A stretch of 64,000 bases of DNA from an uncultured Pseudomonadota bacterium (GCA_963770835.1 CAVYRH010000010.1:128001-192000), one strand, 5' to 3'; shown: positions 47,615 to 58,072, numbered from the stretch's first letter. Translations and numbers: made by a program. The notes: generated from the sequence alone by a model not told the origin.

Positions 47615-48058
47615 TTAGCCCTGCCCCATTTTTTGTCGGATCAGGTAATCCGCGATGCGCTTCACGTCTTCCTTGCTAATGGCTATGATCCTCATTCCGG
47701 CGGAGTAAACGGTCCGGCCCATTTCCAGGATTTTTTCCACGTGCCGGACCTCCGCCAAAAACTTCAGGCTGACCGGGAAATTCGGCAGGTCCATGTTCAC
47801 CTCGACCACGGACCCTTTCGGGAGGGGGTGCTGGCTGTGCATGGCCAAGCCGCAAATGGAGATATCCTTGGTGACGGCCTTGTACAGGGTTGATTTTTTG
47901 GAAAGCTCTGGAAGATGTTCCGCCGTCGTGGTCCGGTAACGGTCTTGTTTCAGAAGTTTCTTGGTTTCATCCGCAGTGACGGTCATATAGTTCACCTTCA
48001 GGGTGGCCAGGACCCGTTCATGCTTTCGTTTTTCCATCCACCCGCTCTTGGCTTCCAT
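47615..48058 (-). CDS. PilZ-domain protein
   Basis: RKHER (RxxxR) and DISICG (DxSxxG); GGGAGG RBS. Confidence 0.85.
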   Translation of the reverse strand: MEAKSGWMEKRKHERVLATLKVNYMTVTADETKKLLKQDRYRTTTAEHLPELSKKSTLYKAVTKDISICGLAMHSQHPLPKGSVVEVNMDLPNFPVSLKFLAEVRHVEKILEMGRTVYSAGMRIIAISKEDVKRIADYLIRQKMGQG

Positions 48059-48343
48059 CGCAACCTCCCTTGTGAAAATCACCCCGCCCGAAACGGTAAG
48101 TTAAGTAAGGCATTATAAAAAAGTATGAAAATGGAATGTGAGATATTTTGGGCTATAGACGATCAACAAATAATGGTTATTCGTCTGTCGGAAGGGCGGC
48201 CGCCAAACTTCGCAGGAAACCTTGGGAGGGACCCCCGCCGTATCAAATGGAAATACCGAACGGGAACCAGAAAAGAAATCCGCACTTGTCTTTGAGGGAA
48301 GGCCTTGGTTATAAAAGGACAACTTTAATAATTGGAGGGAAGT

Positions 48344-49120
48344 ATGAGGAAATGGCTTGCCGCGGTTTTGCTGTTTTGCGTGTCGTTGGGTTTCGCCCAG
48401 GCGAAAGTGGTCACCCAAACCATTGATTACAAGGACGGCGACACGGTCCTCGAAGGTTACCTGGCTTACGACGATTCCATCCAGGGCAAAAGGCCGGGGA
48501 TCCTGGTGGTTCACGAGTGGAACGGCCTGGGACATTACGTCCAGGGGCGGGCCGAGCAGTTGGCCCAACTGGGTTACGTGGCCTTCGCACCGGATATTTA
48601 CGGAAAAGGGGTCAGGCCTGATGGCTTCGAGGCCTGCAAGGCCGAATCCTCGAAATTTTACGCCGACCGGGCCCTCTTGCGCCGCCGGGTCAGCCTGGGA
48701 TTTGACCAATTGAGGGACAACCCCCTGGTGGATCCCTCCAAGACCGCCGCCATTGGTTATTGTTTTGGGGGCGCCACGGTTTTGGAATTAGGGCGAAGCG
48801 GGGCGGATATCGCCGGAATCGTCACTTTCCACGGGGGACTGGACAATCCCACGCCGGCGGACGCCAAGAACATTAAGGCCAAGGTCCTCGTCTGCCAGGG
48901 CGGGGCGGACCAGTTCACCCTCCCGGCGCTTCCGGGTTTTAAAAAGGAAATGGACGACGCCAAGGTGGATTATAAAATCATCCTATACAAGGGCGCGGTC
49001 CATGGGTTCACGAATCCGGACAACAAGGGCACGGTTCCCGGGCTGAAATACGACGCCGACGCGGACAAGAAATCCTGGAAAGCCATGAGGGATTTCCTCA
49101 ACAAGATATTTAAATCGTAA
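48344..49120 (+). CDS. Secreted dienelactone hydrolase family protein
   Basis: HEWNG, GYCFGG nucleophile elbow, FHGGL, HGFT; signal peptide. Confidence 0.92.
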   Translation: MRKWLAAVLLFCVSLGFAQAKVVTQTIDYKDGDTVLEGYLAYDDSIQGKRPGILVVHEWNGLGHYVQGRAEQLAQLGYVAFAPDIYGKGVRPDGFEACKAESSKFYADRALLRRRVSLGFDQLRDNPLVDPSKTAAIGYCFGGATVLELGRSGADIAGIVTFHGGLDNPTPADAKNIKAKVLVCQGGADQFTLPALPGFKKEMDDAKVDYKIILYKGAVHGFTNPDNKGTVPGLKYDADADKKSWKAMRDFLNKIFKS

Positions 49121-49199
49121 CCCAGCCAACCAGGCATCCTTCCTTCGGGACCCCCGGACATTCGTGGGACCCCAAGAGGCAAGGCCGACCCGTAGCCCT

Positions 49200-51554
49200 T
49201 TACTTTTTCGCCTGGCCGATTAAATCCTCCAACCCCTGAATTGAAGGGTTCTTCTCTGCTGTCGGGTTCAGGCCCTCGGCCGCTTCCAGGTCCCTCAAAG
49301 CCAAGTTTTTCTTTCTTTCCTGCAGATAAAGGATACCCCGGCAATAGTAGGCCTCCGCGCTGGAGGTGTTCCTTTGGATGGCCTCAGCCAGGAGGCCGAA
49401 GGCCTGGGGCTTGTCGCCCGCATGGTATTCCTCAAAAGCCTTTTGGGAGAGGACCTTGGAGGTGAAAGCGGGGTCGAGCGCGAAGGCCGTTTCTAACTGG
49501 GCCTGCGAATCTTGTGTTCTTCCCAGCTTTTGGAGCGCGTTGGACCAATTAATAATGAAAAGGGGGCTGGCGGGGTCCCAATGAACGGCTTGCCGGTAGG
49601 CTTCCTCGGCCCTGGCCGGGTAGTCGCCGCCGTAACGGCTTAACGTGTCGCAAAGGCGGCCTTCATCGTTGTAGTAATAGGAGTTGGCCGGGCTCATTTG
49701 GAGAGCCTGCTCGTAACAGCTGAGGGCCTCCAGGTCCCAATCCTTAGCGCGGTCGGGGTCGATTTGGGCCCTTTGCTCGTAGGCCAGTCCCAGGTAGAGG
49801 ACATACTTCACTTCCAGAGGACACAATTGGACCGCCCGTTTCATTTGGCCGATCTCAAAATCCGAATATTCGGAGTAAAGCTCCGGCGAGGTTTGGGGGT
49901 TGGGGTTTTTGAGGGCTTCGGCAACGGTGCCGCCCAGGCCAAAGGCGATGTCGGCGCCCAGGCGATTCAAGGGAAACCAGGGGATCACCAGCAAGAGCAA
50001 AATTAGCGCCGGTTTTTCAAGGAACATGAAGAAACGGGTGCCGGCGGAAGCCCCGGCCGCGGGTTGGGAGGACCGGTAGTTCCATTGCACCGCGGCCAAA
50101 AGCAAAAACCAAAGCAGGTTGATGCTGGCGACCCCAAAACTGAAGAAATTTTGAGCATGGTAGGCGAGGGCGGAGGCGAAAACGGCGGCCAAAAGCCACT
50201 TCACGGGCGCGGAGGTGGCCTGATAGGCCTTCCATCCCATGAATAGAAATGATCCCAGGACCCCCAGGTAGGCCGCGAGCCCCAGGAAGCCGGTGGTGCA
50301 GGCCATCTGCAAGAGTTCGTTGTGGGCCATGCGGGAGCTCATAAACATGCCGTCGATCTGGTTGAACTCGATGCCGCTGTAATAGGGGAAGGCGATCTTG
50401 AAGGTATCCAGCCCCACGCCCAGGACTGGCTTGGCCTCGGCCATTTTCAGACCCGGCCTCCATATATGAAGGCGGGAAACGGCCAAGCTTTGGCCGACGT
50501 GGAGGGTGGAATCCCAAAGCCGGTTGAGGAACCCGCGCCCCAAGAAAAAGAACAGGGCGAAAACCGCGCAAAGGACGATCGCGCCGAAAATTTTTGGAAT
50601 TTTCGAGAGCCTTTTGCGGATCGGCTCCGAATAGTCCTTGTTCCCGGCGGCGAGGAAGATCCAAAAACCGAGGCTCAAAACGGCGGCCAGGAATCCACCC
50701 CGGCTGCCGGTGCTTAAAAGGCCCAGGATGAGGATGATGACCCCCCCAAAAGCTTCCACCCAGGAGCGAATCAGCATAAATCGCAGGCCCGCCACCGAAA
50801 ACATACACAATCCAGCGGCCCTCAGGATGAACTGGAATGTGCTGGAGGGTTCTAAGTGAAGAAAGGAAGCGCCCTTCGCCGTTCCGAGGACCAAGAATAA
50901 AAGACCCCAGGCGCCGAAAACATAGTAAAGGAATTCCGACATGGGGGCCGGTTTGGGTTCCCCGGAAAGACGCTTGAGGGAAACCGAAAGAAAAAGCGGA
51001 AGGGACATCGCCAGGTAAGCCGAAAGGAAATTTGGGTTGCCCAGGGCCGCGAATTCGCGGCTTGCGACGACTGATTCGGGGTTCCATTGGATGAAATCGA
51101 AACCGAAATGCTGGCCAATGGCGTAAAGTGCGGAAAGGAAAGCCGTCAGGGAGTTCAAAACAAATAGCTTTTCCAATTTTTCGTTGTTGAGGCGGCGGCT
51201 GAAAACCCGGAACCAAAGCAGATAAACGATGAAAGTGGTTAATCCCGAGAAATTCTCATAGTCGCCTAGGAGGCTGGTGCGCCAGCTCAGGCTGGTGGTG
51301 GGTAGGGAAGCGGCGGTTTCCACTGCGAGGAGGATCAAAAGGGCGGTGCTTAAGGGGGTCGGGCACAGGCAACCTGTTTCTTTCAGCTCCCAAAGCAGCG
51401 CCGGAACCGCCAAAAGGGCCAAAAAAACAAGTTTCGGCAGTTCGAACTGGTCGTGGCTGTGGATGAAGAACAAAAGGGGGGTGAAAAAAATGGAGAAGAG
51501 AATTAAAAGATCGAAAATTTTGGAAAAGACCCGCTTCTGGAACATTTCATTCAT
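49200..51554 (-). CDS. O-antigen ligase (Wzy_C) family protein with C-terminal TPRs
   Basis: FELPK, ALGNPNFLSAY, TGSRGG, PVLGVGLDTF, AHNELLQ; TPRs. Confidence 0.85.
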   Translation of the reverse strand: MNEMFQKRVFSKIFDLLILFSIFFTPLLFFIHSHDQFELPKLVFLALLAVPALLWELKETGCLCPTPLSTALLILLAVETAASLPTTSLSWRTSLLGDYENFSGLTTFIVYLLWFRVFSRRLNNEKLEKLFVLNSLTAFLSALYAIGQHFGFDFIQWNPESVVASREFAALGNPNFLSAYLAMSLPLFLSVSLKRLSGEPKPAPMSEFLYYVFGAWGLLFLVLGTAKGASFLHLEPSSTFQFILRAAGLCMFSVAGLRFMLIRSWVEAFGGVIILILGLLSTGSRGGFLAAVLSLGFWIFLAAGNKDYSEPIRKRLSKIPKIFGAIVLCAVFALFFFLGRGFLNRLWDSTLHVGQSLAVSRLHIWRPGLKMAEAKPVLGVGLDTFKIAFPYYSGIEFNQIDGMFMSSRMAHNELLQMACTTGFLGLAAYLGVLGSFLFMGWKAYQATSAPVKWLLAAVFASALAYHAQNFFSFGVASINLLWFLLLAAVQWNYRSSQPAAGASAGTRFFMFLEKPALILLLLVIPWFPLNRLGADIAFGLGGTVAEALKNPNPQTSPELYSEYSDFEIGQMKRAVQLCPLEVKYVLYLGLAYEQRAQIDPDRAKDWDLEALSCYEQALQMSPANSYYYNDEGRLCDTLSRYGGDYPARAEEAYRQAVHWDPASPLFIINWSNALQKLGRTQDSQAQLETAFALDPAFTSKVLSQKAFEEYHAGDKPQAFGLLAEAIQRNTSSAEAYYCRGILYLQERKKNLALRDLEAAEGLNPTAEKNPSIQGLEDLIGQAKK

Positions 51555-51666
51555 CCTTCGTGATGGGAAATCATCTTAACATGATGAAGCCGTGAAATAT
51601 TTTTTCAAAAACGAATCTGAAAAAATATTTTTTCGCTCCTCGAAGAGTGAGAAACCGGTTTTTTTC

Positions 51667-51694
51667 TTGACAGTGTTGGGCAAAGCTTTATACT
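51667..51694 (+). promoter_or_regulatory. Sigma70-type promoter of speE operon
   Basis: TTGACA-16 nt-TATACT in an AT-rich divergent spacer. Confidence 0.6.
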
Positions 51695-51828
51695 TAAAAA
51701 AATTCATAACAAAATCCAAAAAACAGGGAACAATTTTTGATTTTTAACCCTAAAGCTGTCCCCACCCAACCCCAAAAACCCCACCGACCTGCCATTTTGT
51801 TAAAAAAATACAAACTGAGGCTTTTTTC

Positions 51829-52770
51829 ATGAACGACATCAGCCCCCATTGGCACATCGAATTTTACGCGCCCGATGAAGCCCATATGCGCGGTATTTCG
51901 AAGATTTACGCCTCCGAGAAGACCCCCTACCAGCAAGTGGAAGTCATCCAATCCAACCATTACGGGAAATGCTTGATCCTGGATGGACATATGCAGTCGG
52001 CCCAACTGGACGAGTTCATTTACCACGAAAACCTGGTGCACCCGGCCATGGTGACCTGCCCCAACCCCAAAAAAGTGGTGATCATCGGGGGAGGAGAGGG
52101 GGCCACCCTTTACGAGGTCCTGCGGCACAAGACCGTGGAGAAGGCCTGGATGATCGACATCGACAAGCGGGTGGTGGATTTGTGCGACCAATACTTGCCC
52201 GAGTGGCACCGGGGTGCCTTCAAGGACAAGCGGACCACCCTTTTGTTCCAGGATGGGCGAAAGTTTTTGGAGAAGAGCAAGGAAAAGTTCGACGTCATCA
52301 TCATCGACATCCCCGAGCCCGTCGAAGCGGGCCCGGCTTACCTGCTTTATACCGAGGAATTCTACAAGATGGTCTCCGGTAAGCTCTCGGAAAACGGCAT
52401 GGTGGCCCTGCAATCCGGCTGTTCGGCAGAAAAGGAACTGCGGTGCCTGGCGGCTGTGCACCACACCCTGAAGAAGGTTTTCCCGATGGTTTATTCCTGG
52501 CCCGCCAACGTGCCTTCCTTCGATATTCCCTGGAGTTTCACCATGGCCTCAAAGTCGGTGGATCCGAAGAGCCTGAAGCGCGACCAAGTGGACAAGATCC
52601 TCAAGGAAAGGGGCGTGGGCCTCTTGAAGTATTACGACGGCGAGACCCATGAGGGGATTTTCTTCGTCCCCAAGTACATCCGGGACGGTTTCAAAAGCCT
52701 CAAGGAAATCATTCGGGACGACAAACCGCTCACTTACCGTTTCATTGGAGAGGAGAAGAATTCAAAGTAA
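51829..52770 (+). CDS. speE: Polyamine aminopropyltransferase
   Basis: TPYQ, LDGHMQSAQLDEFIYHE, IIGGGEGATL, DID, DG, FDVIIID, LYTEEFY. Confidence 0.93.
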   Translation: MNDISPHWHIEFYAPDEAHMRGISKIYASEKTPYQQVEVIQSNHYGKCLILDGHMQSAQLDEFIYHENLVHPAMVTCPNPKKVVIIGGGEGATLYEVLRHKTVEKAWMIDIDKRVVDLCDQYLPEWHRGAFKDKRTTLLFQDGRKFLEKSKEKFDVIIIDIPEPVEAGPAYLLYTEEFYKMVSGKLSENGMVALQSGCSAEKELRCLAAVHHTLKKVFPMVYSWPANVPSFDIPWSFTMASKSVDPKSLKRDQVDKILKERGVGLLKYYDGETHEGIFFVPKYIRDGFKSLKEIIRDDKPLTYRFIGEEKNSK

Positions 52771-54293
52771 ATGTCACTTTACGACGGCCAGGATAAAACC
52801 CCCCTCTTTGACGCCATCGTCAGCTACGCCAACGAAAATAAGATCTCCTTCCATACGCCGGGCCACAAACACGGCAAGGGAATCCTGAAGGTCTTCACGC
52901 TAATTCGTCGGGGACAAGGTGTTCCGGCTCGACCTGTCGGTGATGAGCGAGGTCGACTCCCTCCACGAGCCCAGTTCCGTCATCAAGGAGGCCCAGGTCC
53001 TGGCCGCCAAGGCCTACGGCGCCGATTATTCCTTCTTCCTGGTCAACGGCACCACGGGCGGCAACCAGGCCATGATCCTTTCCGCCTGCGACCCCGGCGA
53101 CAAGATCATCATCCCCCGCAACGCGCACAAATCGGTCATTTCCGCCGTCATCCTGGCGGGCGCCGAGCCCGTCTATATCATGCCCAAGATCGACGAGGTC
53201 TCGGACCTGATCCTGAACCTGACCCCCGAGCAGGTGGACGAGGCCTGCCGCCAGCATCCCGACGCCAAGGCGGTGTTGGTGACCAACCCCACTTATTTCG
53301 GACTCACCGCCGACTTGGAAGCCATCGCCGAGATCGTGCACCAATACGACAAGATCTTTTTGGTGGACGAGGCCCACGGGGCACACCTGCATTTCCACCC
53401 AGGCCTTCCCAAGTAGCGCCATCGATTCGGGCGCGGATATGTGCGTGCAATCCACCCACAAGCACCTGGCAGCCTTAAGCCAGGGCTCCATGCTGCACGT
53501 GAAGGGGGTGCGGGTGGACATCCTGCGCCTGAAGACCACCCTGCAGATGCTGCAAACCACCAGCCCCTCCTACGTTATCCTGGGGTCGCTCGACCTGTCG
53601 CGCTACCAGATGGTGCACGGCGGGGAGCAGGCGCTCGACGAAGTCATCCAAATGTGCGAGGACACCCGGGCCAAAGTCAACAAAATCCCGGGTTTGACCT
53701 GCCTGACGCGTGAGCAAGTGCGCAAGATCCCCAGCTTAGACCTGGATCCCACCAAGCTGACGATTTCCACCAAGGGCCTGCCCTGCTCGGGTTACGACAT
53801 GGCCAAGATCCTGAACGCCGAGTACGGCATCCAAACCGAAATGGCGGATTTCCAGAACGTCCTGCTGTTCGTTTCGCTGGGGAATACGGCCAAGGAACTC
53901 AAGCGCTTCGTTTCGGCCCTGGAAAAGATCGTCGTGGATTATAAGGACATGTTCATCAACCAAAAGAAGCGCAAGCGCATCGTTTTTCCCCACTTCGTGC
54001 CCCGCAAGGAAGTGAACCCCCGTGAAGCCCTGACCAAACTGACCCGTAAGATCCCCTTCAAGCGGTCCGTGGGGAAGATCTGCGCCGAGATCGTCTGCCC
54101 GTATCCCCCCGGCATCCCCGTGCTTTGCCCGGGGGAAGTGATCACCCAGGAGATCTACAGCTACCTGATGAATGTCTTGGATTCTGGGGCCCGAATCAAC
54201 GGCCAGTCCGACGGCCGCCTTCAAACTATAAAGGTTTTGGAGGACGTCCCCGCCGCCTCCAGCAGCCAGAAAAAACTTTTCGCCATCGGTTGA
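52771..54293 (+). pseudogene. PLP-dependent Arg/Lys/Orn decarboxylase (SpeA/YaaO-like) interrupted by two +1 frameshifts (about 52901 and 53414)
   Basis: Three consecutive frames carry FHTPGHK; LVNGTT, RNAHKS, NPTYFG, DEAHGAH; QSTHK, TTSPSY, PYPPGIP. Confidence 0.85.
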
Positions 54294-54315
54294 ATTTCCT
54301 TGGTTTGAAACTAGG

Positions 54316-54987
54316 ATGGGGCCCATGTCATCCTCGCTTGAAGCGTTGTCGAAGCTGCGCGAAAACAAGGCCATTTTTCTGCGCGCCGTGGGTTCGGCGT
54401 CCTGGGATAAAAGCCGGGTGGAGATGGCCTTGGGCCGGCTCCTCCACGCCGCCCATCCGATCCGAAGGGGGAGCCTGGCGCCCGTTACCCCGAAAGAGGA
54501 CATCGAAGTCGGGTTTTCCGTTGGGGAAGAGTTTTTCACCTTTTTCAGCGTTGTCTTGGAAGCGCGGCGCAAACCTATCCCCCTGTTGGTGCTTCAGCGC
54601 CCCTCGGTCAACGAATTGGTCAACGTCAAGCGCCGCATGTCCGAGCGGGTGGACTCGTTGGTCCCCATTTCCTTTGAAATCCGGGAGAGGGGATTCTCAT
54701 CCCCGCCGAGGCACACTCTGGCCCTGAACTTGAGCGGCACGGGGTTGGCGCTCAATGCCTCGGAGCCGATTTCTCCTGGCACCTACCTTGCAATGGAAAT
54801 TCACCTTCCCAACTCGACGGGAGGCCTTTCCGCGGCGGGCACCATCGTTTCCTGCGCCAAGCTCCTCCATCCCCGCGAGGAGCGCTATAAAATCCGGGTC
54901 CATTTTAATTCCATTGTTCCGCTCAACCGGCAAAGGATCGAGGAATTCGTGAAACTCAAGAAGGAAGCGCAAGAGAGGCTGGAGTAG
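54316..54987 (+). CDS. PilZ-domain protein (YcgR-like layout)
   Basis: RMSER (RxxxR) and NLSGTG (NxSxxG) after an N-terminal domain. Confidence 0.8.
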   Translation: MGPMSSSLEALSKLRENKAIFLRAVGSASWDKSRVEMALGRLLHAAHPIRRGSLAPVTPKEDIEVGFSVGEEFFTFFSVVLEARRKPIPLLVLQRPSVNELVNVKRRMSERVDSLVPISFEIRERGFSSPPRHTLALNLSGTGLALNASEPISPGTYLAMEIHLPNSTGGLSAAGTIVSCAKLLHPREERYKIRVHFNSIVPLNRQRIEEFVKLKKEAQERLE

Positions 54988-55060
54988 GCCGAAGAACGTG
55001 ACTGGATTTGCAGGAAGGTTTTTGATCCTGAGGCAGGACTTAAACGGAGCGGGGAACGCC

Positions 55061-56182
55061 TCAGGCCAGGGCTTTTTGGATTTCCTGGTAACTCCGAACG
55101 CAATTGCGGCCCCGGGCTTTAGCCTCGTACATGGCCTTGTCCGCGCGGTCGATCAAAGTCACGCCGCCGATGCCCTCAGCCGATTCATAGGTGTCCACGC
55201 CGATGCTTACCGACACCTGGAGGGTGCGACCCCGGACCATAATCTGGTAATTCCCGAGGGATTCCTGAACCCGTTTCGCCAGGATCATGGCGCCATCCCC
55301 CGCCGTGGCGGGCAAGATGGCCACGAATTCATCGCCGGCGTAACGCGCCACCAAGTCGGTGGTGCGGAACAGGGAAAAAAGCTTTTGGGCGATTTGCTTC
55401 AAGAATTGGTCGCCCACTGAATGGCCGAATTGGTCATTGATTTCCTTGAAATGATCCAAGTCGATGAAAATCAGGGAGAGGGATTGGCGGTAGCGCTTGG
55501 CGCGGTTGAGCTCGTAATCGAGGATCTGGTGGAAGTAACGGCGGTTGTAAAGGCCAGTCAGGGTGTCCCGGATGGCCATTTCCTCGACCTTCGCGAAGAG
55601 CTTGGCGTTCTCAATGGTCAGGGCCGCCTGGCGGGAGAAGATGACGAGGATTTCCTGGTGCAACAAAGCCGGGGTCTTTTCGTAGATCAAGACGCCGATC
55701 AAATGGTCGCGGATTTCCAGGGCCACCATTCCGGCGTCCTTTAATTCCAACTCATTCTCAAAAAGCCGGAGTAACCGATCCTGGGCCGGGTATCCTCCGT
55801 TGGACTCCACGGGCGCCTGACAGGTTTTGAGGAGATCGGTTTCTTCCTCAACCGTCAAGAGGACGTTCATTTCCTGGATTTTCTTTTCATTGAGGCCGAT
55901 ACCGACGCATCCGGTCAGGCTGAAGGAGGATTCGTCCTTGATAAAGATCGAAGCCTTGGAAATTCCGGTTCCGTCCTTGAGGCCGCGGAGAATGGACTTC
56001 AGGAGAGAGTTGAGGGGTTTTGAAAATTGGAGCTCAGCGCTCGCATGATACAATGACAGCAAGCCTTGGTTGAGTGTCGCCAGCCGTTCGTTGGAAGCTG
56101 CGTTCTGGGCAATACGGAACATTTTCGCATTTTCAGATGCGGTATTTTTTTTGGAAGGCAAGGTAGGTTCCCGTAATTTCAA
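55061..56182 (-). CDS. GAF-GGDEF diguanylate cyclase (AGDEF variant)
   Basis: DTLTGLYNRR, DLDHFKEINDQFGH, RTTD I-site, RYAGDEF, ADKAMYEAK; start uncertain (56182 or 56122). Confidence 0.9.
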   Translation of the reverse strand: MKLREPTLPSKKNTASENAKMFRIAQNAASNERLATLNQGLLSLYHASAELQFSKPLNSLLKSILRGLKDGTGISKASIFIKDESSFSLTGCVGIGLNEKKIQEMNVLLTVEEETDLLKTCQAPVESNGGYPAQDRLLRLFENELELKDAGMVALEIRDHLIGVLIYEKTPALLHQEILVIFSRQAALTIENAKLFAKVEEMAIRDTLTGLYNRRYFHQILDYELNRAKRYRQSLSLIFIDLDHFKEINDQFGHSVGDQFLKQIAQKLFSLFRTTDLVARYAGDEFVAILPATAGDGAMILAKRVQESLGNYQIMVRGRTLQVSVSIGVDTYESAEGIGGVTLIDRADKAMYEAKARGRNCVRSYQEIQKALA

Positions 56183-56386
56183 AACAGGATTCGGTGTCGA
56201 GGTGGATTGTTGGGGCTATTATTAAGCAGTGTTTTATGCGCGTATAGCCAAAAATACAGCAATTCAAGGAAACTGTTTTACCTGGAAGCGCTTTTTTCCC
56301 AGGTGAAGTAGTTTGAACAAAAAGGGAAAAAAGTTTATTTTTCCATAATCGAAAATCACTTTACCGTGAAATGAAATGAGGTTTAC

Positions 56387-57391
56387 TTGAAAAAACTTCC
56401 GGTTGTTCTCATCACAGGAGGGGCCGGCTATATCGGGAGCCACGCCGTTTCGGAAGCGAAGACTTTCGGGTTTGAGCCCGTCACCTACGACAACCTTTCC
56501 ATGGGGCATAGTTGGGCGGTCCAGGGGAAATTCGTCAAGGGCGACTTGAACGACCGAAGTCGGTTGTTGAAGACTTTCCGCAAGTTCAAACCAGCGGCCG
56601 TGATGCATTTCGCCTCCCACACCTATGTGGGGGAATCAGTCACGAATCCCCAGAAGTACTACCAGGACAACCTTACCAACGCCATGAACCTTTTTTCCGT
56701 CATGCTGGAGCAAAAGACGAAGTTTTTTATCCTATCCTCCACTTGCGCGGTTTATGGCGACCCCGTGAAAATTCCAATCCCTGAGGACCATCCCCGCAAT
56801 CCGGTCAATCCCTACGGCGATTCCAAAATGATGCTGGAAAAAATACTGGCCTGGTATGACAAGGCCTATGGTCTTCGATCCACCTTCCTGCGTTATTTCA
56901 ACGCGGCGGGGGCGGATGCCTCGGGGAAAATGGGGGAAGTTCACGATCCCGAGACCCATTTGATCCCCCTGGTGCTGGACACCGCCATGGGGCGGCGCAA
57001 GGATATCACGGTTTTCGGGCAGGATTATCCCACGCCCGATGGAACCTGCGTGCGGGACTATATCCACGTCACGGACCTGGCCGGCGCCCATTTCCTGGCC
57101 TTGAAGCTCATGATGGAAACCGACAAGAGCGATTTCTTCAATTTGGGGACTGGCAAAGGCTACTCGGTCCGGGAAGTCATCACCCAGGCCGAAGAGGTGA
57201 CGGGAAAGAAGATACCCGTCCAGATGGGGCTGCGGAGGCCGGGTGACCCGCCCGAGCTGGTGGCCCAGGCCCAGAAAGCCCAGGAGGTTCTCCGTTGGCA
57301 GCCCCGGCACTCCAGCCTAGAGAATATCCTAAGGACGGCCTGGGCCTGGCATCAAGGTTACTTTGGGAAGAAGGCCAAACGGAAGAAGTAA
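56387..57391 (+). CDS. galE: UDP-glucose 4-epimerase
   Basis: TGGAGYIGSH, HFAS, YGDSK, LRYFNAAGA, DGTCVRDYIHV. Confidence 0.95.
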   Translation: MKKLPVVLITGGAGYIGSHAVSEAKTFGFEPVTYDNLSMGHSWAVQGKFVKGDLNDRSRLLKTFRKFKPAAVMHFASHTYVGESVTNPQKYYQDNLTNAMNLFSVMLEQKTKFFILSSTCAVYGDPVKIPIPEDHPRNPVNPYGDSKMMLEKILAWYDKAYGLRSTFLRYFNAAGADASGKMGEVHDPETHLIPLVLDTAMGRRKDITVFGQDYPTPDGTCVRDYIHVTDLAGAHFLALKLMMETDKSDFFNLGTGKGYSVREVITQAEEVTGKKIPVQMGLRRPGDPPELVAQAQKAQEVLRWQPRHSSLENILRTAWAWHQGYFGKKAKRKK

Positions 57392-57392
57392 T

Positions 57393-57938
57393 CTATTTGA
57401 AGACGGTCTTGCGATAGAACTTCAATTCCTCGACGGTTTCCAGGATATCGTCCAGGGCTTTGTGCTTTTGCTTTTTCGCGGGCGCCTGGAACTCCGGCCC
57501 GTACCAGCGTTTGACCAGTTCCTTGATGGTGCTTACGTCCACCAGCCGGTAGTGAAGGTAGCCTTCTAGCTTGGGCATGTACTCGATCAAAAACCGGCGG
57601 TCCTGGTAGATGGTGTTCCCGCAGAGGGGGCTGCTTTTGGGCTTGCAATGCCGGGAGATGAATTCCAGGGTCTGTTGCTCGGCTTCGGCGAGGCTTGTTT
57701 TCGAGCCCTTCACCGCCTGGATCAATCCCGATTCCTTGTGGTGTTTCTTGTTCCAGTCGTCCATGGCATCCAGGATGGAATCGGGCTGGTGAACCACCAG
57801 GGCTGGCCCCTGGGCCACGGGATTCAATTCCTTATCGGTGATGAGGGTGGCGATTTCCAGGATGACGCAGGTTTTGGGGTCCAAACCCGACATTTCCAAA
57901 TCCATCCAAACGAAGTTTGTCTCTAGTTCCGGGGCCAT
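57393..57938 (-). CDS. orn: Oligoribonuclease
   Basis: WMDLEMSGL, HKESGL, LCGNT, DRRFL, HYRLVDVSTIKEL, HKALDDI. Confidence 0.95.
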   Translation of the reverse strand: MAPELETNFVWMDLEMSGLDPKTCVILEIATLITDKELNPVAQGPALVVHQPDSILDAMDDWNKKHHKESGLIQAVKGSKTSLAEAEQQTLEFISRHCKPKSSPLCGNTIYQDRRFLIEYMPKLEGYLHYRLVDVSTIKELVKRWYGPEFQAPAKKQKHKALDDILETVEELKFYRKTVFK

Positions 57939-58004
57939 GGAATTCCCTTTAAAGGAAAATTTAAATTCGAATTAAAGCTCACAAAGTAGAACGGGCGACA
58001 GCAT

Positions 58005-58043
58005 AAAAGAAAAGCCCCTGGAAGAAAAGGTTTCCAGGGGTTT
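58005..58043 (-). terminator. Terminator-like hairpin upstream of orn
   Basis: Minus strand AAACCCCTGGAA/TTCCAGGGGCTT followed by TTCTTTT. Confidence 0.6.
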
Positions 58044-58072
58044 AGGATAAAAAACGGATTTGAAATCAGCCG

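Noticed and set aside
52900..53478. C-terminal part of the 235-aa ORF 52771-53478 as a real protein
   Set aside because: After about codon 43 it is out-of-frame read-through of the frameshifted decarboxylase
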